In this document: positions 1 through 13,330 of the stretch, piece after piece
Numbering within the stretch: the first letter of the stretch is position 1
Layout: each line of letters begins with the position of its first letter
Source: Chiloscyllium plagiosum
Taxonomy: Eukaryota
Direction of reading: 5' to 3'
Length of the DNA stretch: 64,000 bases
NCBI RefSeq assembly: GCF_004010195.1
Contig: NC_057720.1
Coordinates: 27,777,473 to 27,841,472, forward strand
The notes under the pieces: generated by a model
Databases searched by the model: none
Told to the model about the DNA's origin: nothing
The model's input: the letters and a program-made list of their open reading frames with translations, nothing else
Program-made: the position numbers and the translations under genes

Positions 1-338
1 TTGCAGTAGGCTTGGCAGGTATTGAGAGGATGTGCCTGCAGGCAATAGAGCCTAGTACTAGGGGATCACAGTCTCTGAATGAGGTTTTGGTGATTTTAAA
101 GAGTTGTAAATCTTTGCTGTTGTCTACCCCAGTGTCATGAAATATACTTTTAGATGCAAAGTGAATTGAGATACTGTTGGAAAGAATAGCATGATCATTT
201 TGAGTTGCTATCTGGACCAGGTGGACGCCTCCTTCAATGTAGTTGTTTTATCTGTTCATTCCTGAGTTTAAAGTTTTTAAATGGTTTGACATATCACTTC
301 CCAGTGCACACCTGACTCTGCTTTGCTTTTCCATTTAG

Positions 339-431
339 GTTGAATTTGAAGATGCATCCCAACTAATGGTGAAGAGAGAGGATGTATACACTCTTAATGA
401 GGAACTACCCAAAAAAGTAAAGTCCAGGCTG
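339..431 (+). CDS. KDM4A: Lysine demethylase KDM4A (JMJD2A), penultimate coding exon (end of tandem Tudor domain)
   Basis: Acceptor ttttccatttag|GTT and donor CTG|gttagt bound a 93-nt phase-0 exon, [31 protein letters not shown], matching the KDM4 Tudor C-terminal segment (VEFEDGSQL..KR.D.YTL.EELPKRVKSRL). Confidence 0.95.
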
Positions 432-1315
432 GTTAGTATTTCATTATTCTATTATTACATGCCATCTGCCGAAGTACACCTTGTACAGTTCTGGATCCTG
501 CTCAATTTATTCCCGTGAAAAGAAATGAATAACTGTTTAAGGTTTTTCCATTAGCAATGGTGAAAGGTTCCACCATGTCCGTTATAAATTTTTAAAAACG
601 TTTGTCTGCACTTTGTAATGTTCAATCGGATTGATTCCATTTGCAAATTTTTTTTTGTTTTAACCTAATCAAATGTGTAGCAGTGCAAAATAATAACTGC
701 TTGAAACTTAGTTAAAACATTGAGTATTTTTACGGAGGAGATCATGAGCTTTGACTTGTACTATGCATTCATGGCTTTCACTAAATTTTCAGGATCACTT
801 CTTCTTTCAACTAGAATCAAATTTCAGCCATTTGACATGGATATTAAACTTGAAATAATTTGTGATGGAGGCGTTAGATGGCATGAAATATTATAAAGGA
901 GGAAATAGTAGAAAGTAATTTATGCTCAGCAAGGCCTCTGATGTGATGAGATGATTTTGTTCTTGATGTTGGTCAAGGGCTAAATGGATATGTGGAGTTC
1001 CTTGTTTTTCTGATATACACCCAACTGACATTGGGTGCTTTGGTAATTTTTTTTCAAGCTATTTGTGGAACCCTGCTTTTGTCAAAATTGGCTGCCACAT
1101 TTTACATCTTTGTTGTACTTCAGAAACAGAGTGTGGCACAATTTGAATTGTTCTAGTGTTACATAGGATGCTGTGTAACCAAGCACAGGGAATTCTCTCA
1201 GCAAATCTTGACAGCATCTGTGGACAAGAAAACAGTTAACATTTCAAGTCCAGTGTGACTCTTCAGAACTGGTAGTTCAGTTTCTTCAAATTGAGAACTC
1301 TTTCGCTCTCCACAG

Positions 1316-1698
1316 ATGAGGGGTGACCTTATAGAGGTTTACAAAATTATGAGGGGCATGGGTAGGGTAAATAGGCAAAGTCTTTTCCCTGGGGTCAGGG
1401 AGTCCAGAACTAGAGGGCATAGGTTTAGGGTGAGAGGGGAAAGATATAAAAGAGACCTACGGGGCAACCTTATCACGCAGAGTGTGGTACGTGTATGGAA
1501 TGAGCTGCCAGAGGATGTGATGTAGGCTGGTACAATTGCAACATTTAAGAGGCATTTGGATGGGTATATGAATAGGAAGGGTTTGTAGGGATATGGGCCG
1601 GGTGCTAGCAGGTGGGACTAGATTGGGGTTGGGATATCTGGTCGGCATGGACAGGTTGGACCTAAGGGTCTGTTTCCATGCTGTACATCTCTATGACT
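1316..1698 (+). mobile_element. 5'-truncated CR1 LINE (young HER1-like family), 3' end
   Basis: ORF2 C-terminus RGDLIEVYKIM...RTRGH...VVRVWNELP, then the 3' UTR ending ...ctgtacatctctatgact. Inserted into an older Penelope-type fold-back relic (~1180-1760). Confidence 0.9.
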
Positions 1699-2149
1699 GA
1701 GATGCTGCCAGATAAGTTACATTTCTCCAGCATCTACAATATTTTGCCTTTATTAAAATCCGCATACTTGGGAGTGGAACATCTTGGCTGATTTGATTGT
1801 AACCTCAGATTTGCATTTCAGCTACCCTGAACGATTATCAGTGTACTTCATGAATATTCAAGGTCTCTACTTCCATTGTCTTTTCAGGAAGATAGTTCTA
1901 AAGTCACTCACCCTTCTGAGAAATTTGTCTTGTCTGTATTATATGGGCAACTCTTATTTTAAATAGTTATCATTAGTTGCAAGAAGAAACATTTTTCTAA
2001 AAATATTCATCTATGAATCCTGTAAAGGGAACATTGGTGTGTGCTACGTTGGATGGGCACAAATTATTGCTTATCCCTAATTCCCCTTGAGAATGTGGTG
2101 GTATGTTGCTTTCTTGAACCACTGACTTACAGACTTACTAACCATATCT

Positions 2150-2745
2150 CCTATATTCACACCCAAATCATTTTATATAAAATGATGAAAAGCAGTGGAC
2201 TCAGCACTGATAGTTGTGGCACACTGCTGGTCACATGCCTCCAGTCCAGAAAACAACCCTCCACTACCATCCCCTCTTTCCTGTCATCAAGCCAATTTTG
2301 TATCCAGTTGACAAGCTTTCTGTGAATCCCATGTGATTTAACTTTATTAATTAGTATACCATGCAAAACCATGTTAAAAACAATACTAAAGTTCATGAAG
2401 CTGCTCACATCATTCTTTTTGGTTGTCCTCAAAAAAAACTCAGTCACATTTGTGAGACATATTTGATTTCCTGCAGACATATCCATGCTCACTATTCTTA
2501 ATCATTCCTTGCCTCTTCAAATGCATGTAAATTCTGTTTCTCAATCTGTTCCAACAGTTTACCCACGACTGGTGTCAGACTCACTGATCTATAGTGCCCA
2601 GGATTCTCGTAAAGGCACATTTGTCACCCTTTAGTCATCTGGCACCTTGCCTATGGCTATAGATGATGCAAGTATCTCTGCTCGGGCCCCACTATTTCTT
2701 CCCTAACTTCCCACATCGTCCTGGGATACACTTGATCAGTTCCCA
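2150..2745 (-). mobile_element. Decayed CR1 LINE RT fragment
   Basis: Minus-strand translation ...WIQNWLDDRKEGMVVEGCFLDWRHVTSSVPQLSVLSPLLF (CR1 RT motif GVPQGSVLGPLLF). Confidence 0.85.
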
Positions 2746-3929
2746 AAGATGAGGGCATGAAGAGGGAAAAACATTCTTGACTTCATCCTTACCAATCTAC
2801 TGGATGCAGATGCATATGTCCATGTTTTTTTTAAGACCACCTTTTAATAAATGTGAATTTTTTTCAAGACGCTATTTATTTCCCCGAGTTCCCTAGTCTG
2901 CCACCTCCAGTGAGTTATTTAATTGTCATGACTGGATGTGGCAGGACTGCAGAGATTAGATTTAATCCAATGGTTGTGAGATCACTGGTGTTGCTCTTGG
3001 CATGCCCTCGTGCATTCTCCATTGAACCTGGGTTAATTTCTGGCTTGATGGTAATGGTTGAGTGGGGCTTATGCCGGGCCATAAGGTTGCAGGTTGTGCT
3101 GGAATACAAGTCTGCTGCTGTTGATGCCCCAGCGCCTCATGGGTGCCCAGTCTTCAGGTGCTAGATTTATTCAAAGTCTCTCTCACTTAGTACGGTGATA
3201 GGGCCACACAACACAATGGAGGGTATTCTCAATGTGAATGAAGGTCTTTGTCTCCACAAGGTGGTCATGCTTATCAATACCGTCATGGACATATGCATCT
3301 GCATCCAGCAGATTGGTAAGGATGAAGTCAAGAATGTTTTTCCCTCTTCATGCCCTCATCACCTGCCACTGATCCAGTCTAGTAGATATTGTCATTTAGG
3401 ACATGACGAGCATAATCAGTAGTGATGTTGCTGAACCGCTCTTGGTGGTGGCTGTGGGAAATCTTCCACCCAGAGTACGTTTGTGCCCTTGTCACTCTCT
3501 GTGCTTCCTCCAAGTGTTATTCAACTTGGGGGAATGCTGATTCATCAGCCAAGAGCGAACGGTAGGTGATAATCAGCAGCAGCTTCCTTGCACATGTTTG
3601 CGCTAAAGCGAGGAGACTTCATGGGCTCCGGTCAATGTTGAAGACTCTCAGGCAACTCCCTCCCAACAGTATGCCGCAGTGTACACCACCTGTGCTGGAT
3701 CTGTCCTTCCAGTAGAACAGGGATTGTGATGGTGTTGTCTGGGACATTGTCTGTCAGGTATATGATTCCGTGAGTGTGACTGTAAGGTGGTTACTTGAGT
3801 CTTCTGTTGGACAATCTCCCACTTTTGGCACTAGACCCCGGATGTTCGTAAAAGAAGACTTTGTAGGATCATCAGGGCTGTTTCTGCTGTTGACTTTTAC
3901 ATCTCTTGGTCAGTGTCAGGTTTTTGAGA

Positions 3930-4196
3930 TTGGCTTGCAAGGCCGTTTCAGAGGGCAATTATGAGACCAGGTGAGGATGGCAGATTTACTTCCTTGAAGG
4001 ACATTAGTGAACCAGATGGGGTTTTCTGATAATCAATAGTGAACTCATGGTCATCATTAGATTCTTAATTCCAGATTGTTTGTTTATTTTTTTTATTGAA
4101 TTGATTTTCCACCATCTGCCATGATGGGATTTTAACCTAGAAACCCAGAGCATTAATTGAGTTTCTGGATTAATACAAGTACACCATTGCCTCCTC
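3930..4196 (-). mobile_element. tRNA-derived SINE with LINE-derived tail (same family as 10108-10412 and 32630-33114)
   Basis: Shares the ...ggacattagtgaaccagatggg...ttccaccatctgccatg...gggatt core with the other copies. Confidence 0.65.
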
Positions 4197-4216
4197 AAAT
4201 GGTATCATTCTTCTTA

Positions 4217-4399
4217 GAGTCATAGAGATGTACAGCATGGAAACAGACCCTTCGGTCCAACTCGTCCATGCCGACCAGATATCCCAACCCAATCTAGTCC
4301 CACCTGCCAGCACCTGGCCCATATCCCTCCAAACCATTCCTATTCATATACCCATCCAAATGCCTCTTAAATGTTGTAATTGTACCAGCCTCCACCACT
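4217..4399 (-). mobile_element. CR1 LINE 3' end (young family)
   Basis: Near-identical reverse complement of the 1520-1698 tail (gagtcatagagatgtacagcatggaaacag...). Confidence 0.9.
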
Positions 4400-4779
4400 T
4401 GAGTTCGAGCTCGACTCATCCAGGCAAGTAAAGGATATGCCTTTTTAGATGGCAGACAGAGTTTTTGGTGTCCTTTGACCTGCTCTTGTAGACTTAGTTT
4501 ATGTGGCTATTCAGTTCAGTTTCTGGTTAGTGGTATTTCCCAGGATGTTCATAGTGGGGACATCGATGGTCATTGAAGGTGATAGGGCCTGGGACACTAC
4601 TCTCAGGAACCCCTGCAGTAATGTCCTGGAGCTGAGCTGACTGACCTCCAACAACCATAACTATCTTCCCTTTTGCAATGTATGACTGTAGCCAGTGAAG
4701 AGTTTTCACTGCGATTCCCATTGATTCTACTTTGGGGTCTCTGGGTGTAATACATAGTCAAATGTGGCCACCTTGACTT

Positions 4780-4985
4780 AGAATCATAGAATCCCTACAG
4801 TGAGAGAGCAGGCCATTCGGCCCATCGGGTCCACACTGACCCTTCAAAGTGTATCCCATTGAGACCACCACCACCCCCCCGCCCCCCGTAACCTTGCATT
4901 TTCCTATGACTAATCTACCTAGTCAGCACATCCCTGAACACCATGGACAAATTAACATGTCCAATTCATATAACCTGCAAATCTT
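4780..4985 (-). mobile_element. HE1/V-SINE 3' part
   Basis: Tail agaatccctacagtg...caggcc and ...aacctgca.atct similar to the SINE copies at 17597 and 28712. Confidence 0.6.
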
Positions 4986-5682
4986 AAGACCTCTGGACTT
5001 CAGTTTTGTAATCCATATTTGAACCAAGGCTGTAAAGAGGTAATGTCTTTAATGACCTTGATGAAACCTAAATTGAGAATCAGATAGCAGGTTATTGCTG
5101 GATAGCATTGTTTATGATGGCTTCCATTGCTTTGATAATTGAGGAGACTGCCTGATAGGGTGGTTTGATTTGTTCTGTTCTATATATTGTACAGGACAAA
5201 GTTTCCAAATTGCTGGCTACATGTCCAATGTACAATGCTAGACTAGCTTGGCTAAGGCCACAGGAAGTTCTGGAGCACAAAGCTTCATGGCTGTTACTGG
5301 AATTTTTGTCAGGGCCCATAGCCTTACGATATGCAGGGCTTCAGCCATTTCTTGATATCATCATCATGGAGTGAATTGAATTGGTTGAAGGCAAACATTA
5401 TGATGCTAGAGATCTCTAATGAGACTGAGAAGGATCATCCACTTACAACAGTTTTCAGCTTGAAGTGCAAAGTGCTTCAGCCTTATCTTGTACTGATGAA
5501 TTGGGCACTTCTATCATTGAAGATGAGATGTTTTGAGGACCCTCCTTATACAGTGAGGCCAAATTAGGTGGTCAAGTGCAAGTCAATGTCCTTCTTTCTC
5601 CCTCTCCCACCACCTCTCGTATTGTGGTAGTTTTTGGCTGATGTTAAAGCTATTCATTTATTGTTATTTTCATTTATTAGAA

Positions 5683-6317
5683 TGTGGCAATGCTGCTCTT
5701 TTATCGAGGTTATGCAGTCCTTGTTTTTTTTTCCATGGAGGTCATAAAAGACATTGACTCCGAAAAGGCTAAGTTGAAGTGTTTTAGAGCCATTTGTTTA
5801 AAGTCAACAGATACTGCCTCAGGCAAAAGGCTTTCAAGTTTAAAAAACACTTGTACGATGAAAGGGGAGTGGCCAGTTCTCCCAGCTCAGCTTTACTCTG
5901 GTTTGATTTGGTTTTTGGTAGTCTGGCTGTTCACCAAAAGTTTTGAAGCTGCTGGACCCAAAGAAGCAGGTCCATGGTGGTCATCTCTGACATCTTTCCT
6001 GTACAATTGTGTTTAATTTTATCTTTTGGTACCAAGGGGTGTTTATGGGGTTTGTTGCAAGTATTTAGGACAGCATCATTAGGTTGGGTTAAGCTGGTGA
6101 GTTTTCGAATAGGTTAAGTTATTCTGTATCCTATTCACTTCTTTTGTTTGTGTTTTATTTGGTAATCTTGTAAATACATGTTTTGTTTAAAATGAAGCGG
6201 TTTGACCAACTGCATCCCTCCAGGAATATCTGCATTACAGTTGCTTAAATCACCTAGCAAACATTAGGGTCTGGGCTACTTGAAATGTTTTGAGGGAGTC
6301 TGGCCTGGTCCATAACA
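5683..6317 (+). mobile_element. Solo LTR related to the Gmr1-type Gypsy LTRs, in the last KDM4A intron
   Basis: TG...CA ends (tgtggc...ggcctggtccataaca); the 3' end and internal blocks resemble the LTRs at 33115 and 39295; flanks agaa/agga (4-bp TSD with one mismatch). Confidence 0.75.
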
Positions 6318-6467
6318 AGGAGTACTTCCCTAGTGTGAACATTTATCAAAGTTTGTAGTTGTATATTTTTAAAATTTTAACGTTTTATACGTGAAAACGA
6401 GCCAGGTTTGCCCCACAGTGAAAATTTCACAAAGCTTGAAAAATGGCATGTCTTGTTTGTTTTGCAG

Positions 6468-6608
6468 TCTGTCGCGTCTGACATGCGATTCACCGGAATT
6501 TTTGCAGAAGAGGAGGTTGCCCCGGTGACAAAGCGACAGCGAGTTCTTAACTCCAGATATCGTGGGGACTATGTTGAGCCATCTCTCTACCGTGCAATTA
6601 TGGAATAA
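6468..6608 (+). CDS. KDM4A: KDM4A last coding exon
   Basis: Acceptor tgtttgttttgcag|TCT; encodes SVASDMRFTGIFAEEEVAPVTKRQRVLNSRYRGDYVEPSLYRAIME*, matching the KDM4A-specific C-terminus (SVASDMRF...KRQRVINSRYREDYIEPALYRAIME). In frame with the 339-431 exon. Confidence 0.96.
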   Translation, partial: SVASDMRFTGIFAEEEVAPVTKRQRVLNSRYRGDYVEPSLYRAIME

Positions 6609-9150
6609 AATTGCTATCATTACAGAAACTGTTCAGAACATCACCTATGGAAGCCATTGTGACAAACTTTGGTTTTCCAACTTGGTTATATTGTAGATAC
6701 ATGAAAGCAGTTGAGGTGCAGCTGAATTCTAACCCTTTTTAGTGACAAAACTACCAAGGGTACCTCATTACTCGCAACACACCCATTGAACTTGAATATT
6801 GAATATCTTGGGATTCAGCAAAGCTGTTTTCAAGCGTTCTTTGATCTTGCTCTGGACTCTTGCATTGTAAATGGCAAACTAATCTGGATCAAGGAATGCC
6901 TTTAATGGAGTCTTCAGTGAGCTAGAAATAGGATTGCAAAAAAAATGTCTTTGGGTTAGATTTCAACACTTACATCCATGTTCAGAATAAAAAATGCATT
7001 TATGTTTTAATACATTTTAATATTGCTGGTCCCTCTTTGGTAAATGTCATTAACATTTACATTCAACTATCAGTTGAAACCTATTGCATACCTGGTCTAT
7101 AGAACATAAAAGTACTAACTTTGAAGATTGATTGATTGACGCATGGCTGTTTAACCATAGGCATAGAAGCATTCCCTCTGTATATAGGCTGTGAAGTTCT
7201 GGAAGTTGTGAATGGGTTTTCACCATATCCAGTCATTAGCCCAAAACTAGGGCCATCACCGGTGCTTGAGTTAAAACTCTTATCTGTATTTATAGGGGAA
7301 GTCTTAAGACTATAGTTTGGCTGAAATGATTAGACACAAGGTTTTTTAAAAGTTTCATCCCAACACCTCCATATTGTAGCTATTTACTGAGTGTTCATAA
7401 TGAAAGTAAACAGAATTTTGACTTTGAATGGTTAAGTATTAATGAAGTCGCAAATGATTTATGAATGTCCCTACCCAAACCACGATCCCAAAGCCCCAAA
7501 ATGCACTTCTAAAGATGTCTCCCATCTCTGTGAACCTCATGTACTGATAGACTTGTGTGCTGTTTTTACTTGTCACAAATTATATTTGTTTATTCAATGA
7601 ATTATTAAATTTTATTCCAATATTCTTGCAAACTTAATTGCAGTGTAAAATGCTCCTTTCAGTTACTTTATTGGTTTGGTGTAGACTGTAGAAACAGACA
7701 CTGGCTAAACGCCACAAGATTACTCGTTTGGATTGAAACCATGGTGTAACATTGTATGCAAATGTTAAACAGCTACCATGGCTATTAATAGAATGGCTCT
7801 TTTTGCAGTCTACTATTTCTGGTATTTATTGGGTTATATCAATGCTGTCTTCTTTTGAGAGAGTTGGTGAAACAATAGAACTGTGAACAGGTTGTTATCT
7901 TAAAAATGTAGTATATTTAACTATTAAAACTAGAAAGCCAGTTGTTCAGTGACTACATTGTACGTGTTCTTAAAGTCTTGTTGCCTCTAAATTCTTCAGT
8001 AAGAATCACTTGTTCAGTCTGAGCTACGTTTTTTTTAAATGAAATGTAAATTTGAAAATTATTTTGAATCTGTGAACAAAAAAGAAAATTTAATTAACAG
8101 TGGAAAAGAAAATGAAATGGTAGTATGAAATAATACAAGCATAATTCAGATACTTCCTTTTCCTTTTCTTTAACAGCCAACTCTGAAAACTTTATAAACT
8201 ATTTTTATTCCTCTTGGTTCTTTTAACTTACTAGTAGCATCCCATTTTGGATGGTCACCTTTGATCCTATCTTTCTGAAAAATAATGCTTCCTCCAAAAT
8301 TGACATGACTGCACTTAAACAGCAGAGTACTGCAGATGCTAGAGATCTAAAACAAAAGTAACATGTTTGCTGTCAGGCTCTCCAGCTTTTTTTTTTGCTG
8401 GAAATTAGGGAAGTAAAAACATGCACAGTATTTTGCTTTTATTTGAAGGTCTAGTGAAATCCAGAACCTTATATTTATTGTTACAGTTTGCAAGTATGCA
8501 GGCAATGGGACACAATGCCAAAAATTGTTTTCTTAACATTCATTTGGATACAAGAAACTAATTTGATACTAGCTTGTGTATCTTATATTTCAATGTTTTT
8601 TTTAAATTTTGTTGTTTGACCCCTGTTTAAATGACCAGTTTCCTGGATGATGCTTTCTTCAGTGAAGGAATCCTATATCTCTATAACTTGATGGTTCTGC
8701 AACTATGAAAGACTGTGCAACCCATGTAAAAGTTATGTGACCTGTTGAAAGATGAGTAATTTCTCAACAAATTTAACAGCTCTTGATGTGTTTGAAAACT
8801 TGGCTCTTTGATTCCATGTTATTTCAGAAGTTTGGTTATTTATTGCAGCTCCCCTTTTGTTTTTGAAAAGAGTCTTAAATTCTTTTGGAACAGTGTTGCA
8901 CTCTCTACATGCCTCCATTCCGATTCCTCATCTTGAACATGTTTTAAATCATTGTGTCTAATCTAAAAGGCCCACAGTCTACACTACAACCACCTCAGGA
9001 GTCTGTACAGTAATTGATTGTATTGATCTATGAAAATGACTGTATTAGTTCAAGCAAACATGAAGTTTAAATGGCTTGCTGTGATTGTTTAGGAAAATAA
9101 GAGACATTGAAATGATTTGCAGTTAATAAATGTTTTTTGTCTTTGATTCT
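6609..9150 (+). other. KDM4A: Probable KDM4A 3' UTR
   Basis: AT-rich and nearly repeat-free after the stop codon. AATAAA at 6986-6991 and 9125-9130; the latter is followed by a GT/T-rich tract. Confidence 0.6.
9125..9130 (+). terminator. Candidate distal polyadenylation signal of KDM4A
   Basis: AATAAA followed by tgttttttgtctttgattctgctttgtt (downstream U/GU-rich element). Confidence 0.5.
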
Positions 9151-10107
9151 GCTTTGTTCCAATCCAGTCTTCAGATACACTATTGCTCCTATAACATATT
9201 TCTCTACTTGTGCTAAAATTTGCTTTGTTTTTTTCGATTATGTCAATATCAGGGCCATTAGAAATTGTGGCTTTCCTGCTATGGAAAGGAATGAGGGCAA
9301 GAACTCAGCAAAAATAAATCCTTTAGTAAATTTACATAATCAACACTAAATTTGAAATAAGCACCCACACTTTTCAGTGGTTGTCTCCTATGTGAAAATG
9401 CAAGATCAGAAGCTAAAATTGATTTTGTGAAGACCCCATGGCCATTACCACTGAACGAAGTGCATCTTGTCAAATACCCAGTAACTTCTTCAGTAAGGAT
9501 ACAAATGTTTCCATATCCTAAATAGATGTTTCTTTGACAATATTATTGGTAAGAGAAAATATTGACTTGTTTTTCTGTTTCTGAGCTAATATGAAGCTAA
9601 CTGAAGAAAGAATAACATTTATCAAATTGATTAGTTTGAAAACTATGTTGTGTTCGAAGACAACTGGGCATGTCACTGCAGTGCATTTATAATGTAGCAA
9701 CATGCCACAGAGAAAAAGATTAAACTAGTGTTGCATTAAGAAGAAATATTGTTGCAACTCCCATGTTTGTTTCATGCAATTTTAAATTCTAATGCCCTTC
9801 CAAAGAAAATCATATGATAAAACAATAATTGATTGCTCCCTCCGATGACTAAATGTTTACCTAGATGAGTGGAAAGAGTGATATCCTGATGCCTAACTCC
9901 TATTGATTTTTTTTAAAAAATGGTTTATTTGAATTTGTCATGCTTTTACAATATAGCTTCTTTTAACAATCTTATCAACTACTATTGATCTGTGGCCACA
10001 ATTGTACGATTTTATGTAGCTGGTAGAACTTAAGTTCACTTTTTGGATCGGCTCAGGCTTGGAGGGCCGAAGGGCCTGTTCCTGGGCTGTAAGTTTTCTT
10101 TGTTCTT

Positions 10108-10412
10108 TGTTTATTCATTCATGGGATGTGGGATTTGCTGGCTGGGCCAGCATTTATTGACCATCTCTAATTGCCCAGAGAGCAGTCTGAGAGTCAAACA
10201 CGTTGCTGAGGGTCTGGAATCAATATAGGACAGACCAGGTAAGGATGGCAGTTTCCTTCCCTAATGGACATTCGTGAACCAGATGGGTTTTTCCGACAAT
10301 CAACAATGGATTTGTGTTCATCATAAGATTCTTAATTCTAGATTTTTCTTGATTGAATTAAAATTCCACCATCTGCCATGGTGGGATTTCCAGCAGTAAC
10401 ACCATTGCCTCC
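10108..10412 (-). mobile_element. tRNA-derived SINE with LINE-derived tail
   Basis: Tail ttattcattcatgggatgtggg...ggccagcatttattg...aattgccc; core shared with 3930-4196 and 32630-33114. Confidence 0.7.
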
Positions 10413-11379
10413 CTGTTATTAACAATTAACCTAGCAATTCTCAGAGATCTAATTTGAAACAGTTGATGACAATTCATCATTATTATCATCTAGAACCCAT
10501 CTGGTTCACGAGTATCATTTAGGGATGGAAGTCTGCAATCCACACCTGGTCTGGCCTAGATGTGACTCAGGGCTCCTGCAATGATTCCTCAATCTTTTAT
10601 TTAAAAACTTTTTAATTGCTTGATTTCAATGGGCTGGAGTGTTTCCAATCTTTCAGAATAACTCCGACCTTTTTAATGACTAGAAAACATTTGTGGCAGG
10701 AGATTTCAACCACGGATCCTGCATTCTCTTTTTCACGGTAGTAGTTGCCATGTTTTCAGATTTAAATGTCGAGCAGCGCACTGAAAGAAATTATGGGGAG
10801 ATCATTGCTAAGGTATTTGCTGACTTAAGTTTCATGAGCACCAGGCAGCAAAAGTCAGAAGCAGATTAATGTGAAGAGAGAGCACAAATCAACACCAGCA
10901 GAGGTGCTGTTACTGGGCAACCTCTCTTGAATATGTTCAGTGACTGACCTCCACAGAAAACAAAAAGAAAAATAAAGCCTATGGCCTACCAAACCAGGTT
11001 TTGTTCTGTGATCTGAATGTCTAATCACATCAGCAGGGATCTTATCACTTAACAGCAATACTCCTCACACACATATGTTGCAGTTGGGACACCACCTGCA
11101 ATGCCACCTACTTATAACAAAACTGCTTTGTCATTTCAAAACTGTGCACTAACCACTACAAGCTTTGGGATGTTTGTTTTAATTTACTTAATTGAAAAGT
11201 ATATATTTGTGTGCTGATCAGTTTATCATTGTTTTGGTTGTCATGAGGTAATCATGCTGACACCTGATGCATCCAAAAACACAGTTGGACAGCAGAGGGA
11301 GCCATGGAACAGCAGGAAAACAGAACAGCTCATCAAAGATGATTGTGAACTGTATTGTTGAATTACTGCAATCCTGTGG

Positions 11380-12050
11380 GTTTTCTTTCTACCCAGTAAG
11401 TTCCAGGATTTTAACCTGGCAACAGTAAAGAAATAATAATATGGTACCATGTCAGAATGGTGTGTAGCTTGGGGAAATGGCAAATTGTGATACTGCCAGG
11501 CATCTACAGGGTACCACCTTTTTTTCTTTCTACTTGGTAAGTTTTCCTGGTGAGTTACTGTAGTTTATCTTGTAGATCGTACACATTGTTACCACACTGG
11601 GGAAGGGAGTGAATGTTAGAATTGCTTGGATGGGGTGCCAGTCAAGTAAACTACTGGATTGTTTCAAGCTTCTCAAGTGTTGGAGCTGCAAGCAAATGGA
11701 AAATATCCACTACACTGATTTGTGCTTTTTAGATGTTAAGTAGGGTTTGGGAAACAGGAGGTGCATTACTCACCACAATTTCTAGTCTCTGATATCCTTT
11801 TGTAGCCACAATGTTTATATGGCTCATACAGTTCAGTTTCAGGTCAATGATAGCACACAAGATGTTGATGGTAAGATTCTGCAATGGTATAACCACTCCA
11901 AGTTGAGCATTGATGTTAAATTCACTTGTATGTGATGATCATTGTGTGGTAGCAATGCTGCTGCTTAGCGGTTGCAGCCTAAATGCTGTGTAGGTCATGT
12001 TATGTGTGTGGACACAGGCTATTTTATTGTCTAAGTAGTTATAAAAGAAT
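11380..12050 (-). mobile_element. Highly decayed LINE 3' fragment
   Basis: Similar to 51790-52540 (ttccaggattttaacc...agtaaag, ttggagctgca, tgtagccaca). Confidence 0.6.
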
Positions 12051-12074
12051 ACTAGCTGAAAATTGTGAAACCAT

Positions 12075-13330
12075 CAAAAGGAAGTAACCAAGACAATTGA
12101 GGGCAGAGCAGTAGATGTTGTTCACTTGGACCTTAATAAGCCTTTGACAAGGTTCCACGTGGTAGACTAATTAGTGAAAGTTAGCTCACAGTGGATTTGG
12201 GTGAGCTTGCCAGTTGGATACAAAATTTGGCTTAACTGCAGGAGACCGTGATTGTGGAGGGTTTTTTAGACTGAAGGCCTGTGACCAGCGGTGTTCCACA
12301 GGGTTCAGTACTGGGTCCACTTGTTTGTTATTTAAATAAATAATTTAGATGAGAATGTAGAAGGTATGGTTAGAAAGTTTGTAGATTCCACCAAAATTGG
12401 TGTAGTAGACAGTGAAGAAGAATTTTCTAAGATTACGAGAACATCTTGATCAATTGTGTTCATGGGCTGGGGAGTGGCTTAATTCAGATACATGCAAAGT
12501 TTTGCATTTTGGTAAAACAAACCGGGCAGGACTTATACAATTAGAAGTAGGGCCCATCCTCGTGGGTCTGCTCCTGGGCCTGGCCTTCACCTTTTTGATC
12601 ACGCAGCATTGCCCTTCAATGAGAAGGGCACTGCTTAAAAAGATTTATAAGTAGGGCCTTGGGTAATGTTGTATGACCCCTAGAGAGACCATGGGGTTCA
12701 GGCATATTTATTCTTTGAAGTTTGCATCACATGTAAACAGGGTAGTTAATGAGGCATTTATCGCACTTGCCTTCATTGCTCAGAATTTTTAAGTAAAGGA
12801 GTTGAGACATCATGTTGAGATTGTATAGGACATTGGTGAGGCCTCTTGAGTAATGTGTCCAGTTATGGTTGCCCTATTTTTGGAAGGATATCATTAACCT
12901 GGAGAGAATGGAGGGTTTATGTTGTTAAAATAGGCTGAGATTGTTTTCAATGGAGTGCAGGAGACTGAGCGGTGAACTTAAGAGGTTTATAAAATCATGA
13001 GGGGTATAGATATGTTAAATGACAGGTGTCTTTTCCCTGGGGTGGAGGACTTCAAAACTAGAGAACATATTTTTAAGATGCGAGAAAGACTTTTAAAAGA
13101 CTGGCAACTTATTTTACGCAGCATTTGGTGTGTGAAAATGAACTTCCAGAGGGACTGGTGGATGCGGGTACAGTTGCAATGCTTAAAAAGAATTTGGATA
13201 AGTATCTGACTAAGAAATCTTTGGAGGGATAAGGGCGAAGTACAGGCAGGTGGGAATAGTTTGGTTTGCAATTTGATTGGCATGGACTGTTTGGATAGAA
13301 GGATTTGTTTCCATGTTGTATGACTCTATC
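12075..13330 (+). mobile_element. CR1 LINE fragment (RT to 3' UTR)
   Basis: KAFDKVP, GVPQGSVLGP and CKVLHFGK motifs plus the CR1 3' tail ending ...atgactctat. Confidence 0.9.

Larger units (their letters stand above)
2890..5540 (-). mobile_element. Old non-LTR retrotransposon (CR1/L2-type RT) fragments, interrupted by SINE and CR1 insertions
   Basis: RT motifs such as LHWLQSYIAKGKIVMVVGGQSAQLQDITAGVPESSVPGP (4527-4721) and upstream endonuclease/linker-like pieces. The same family recurs at 23.5, 52, 54.5, 59, 60.5 and 63 kb. Confidence 0.7.

Noticed and set aside
6408..6467. 5' part of the 66-aa ORF 6408-6608 as coding
   Set aside because: It is intronic. KDM4A similarity starts at the acceptor (6468).
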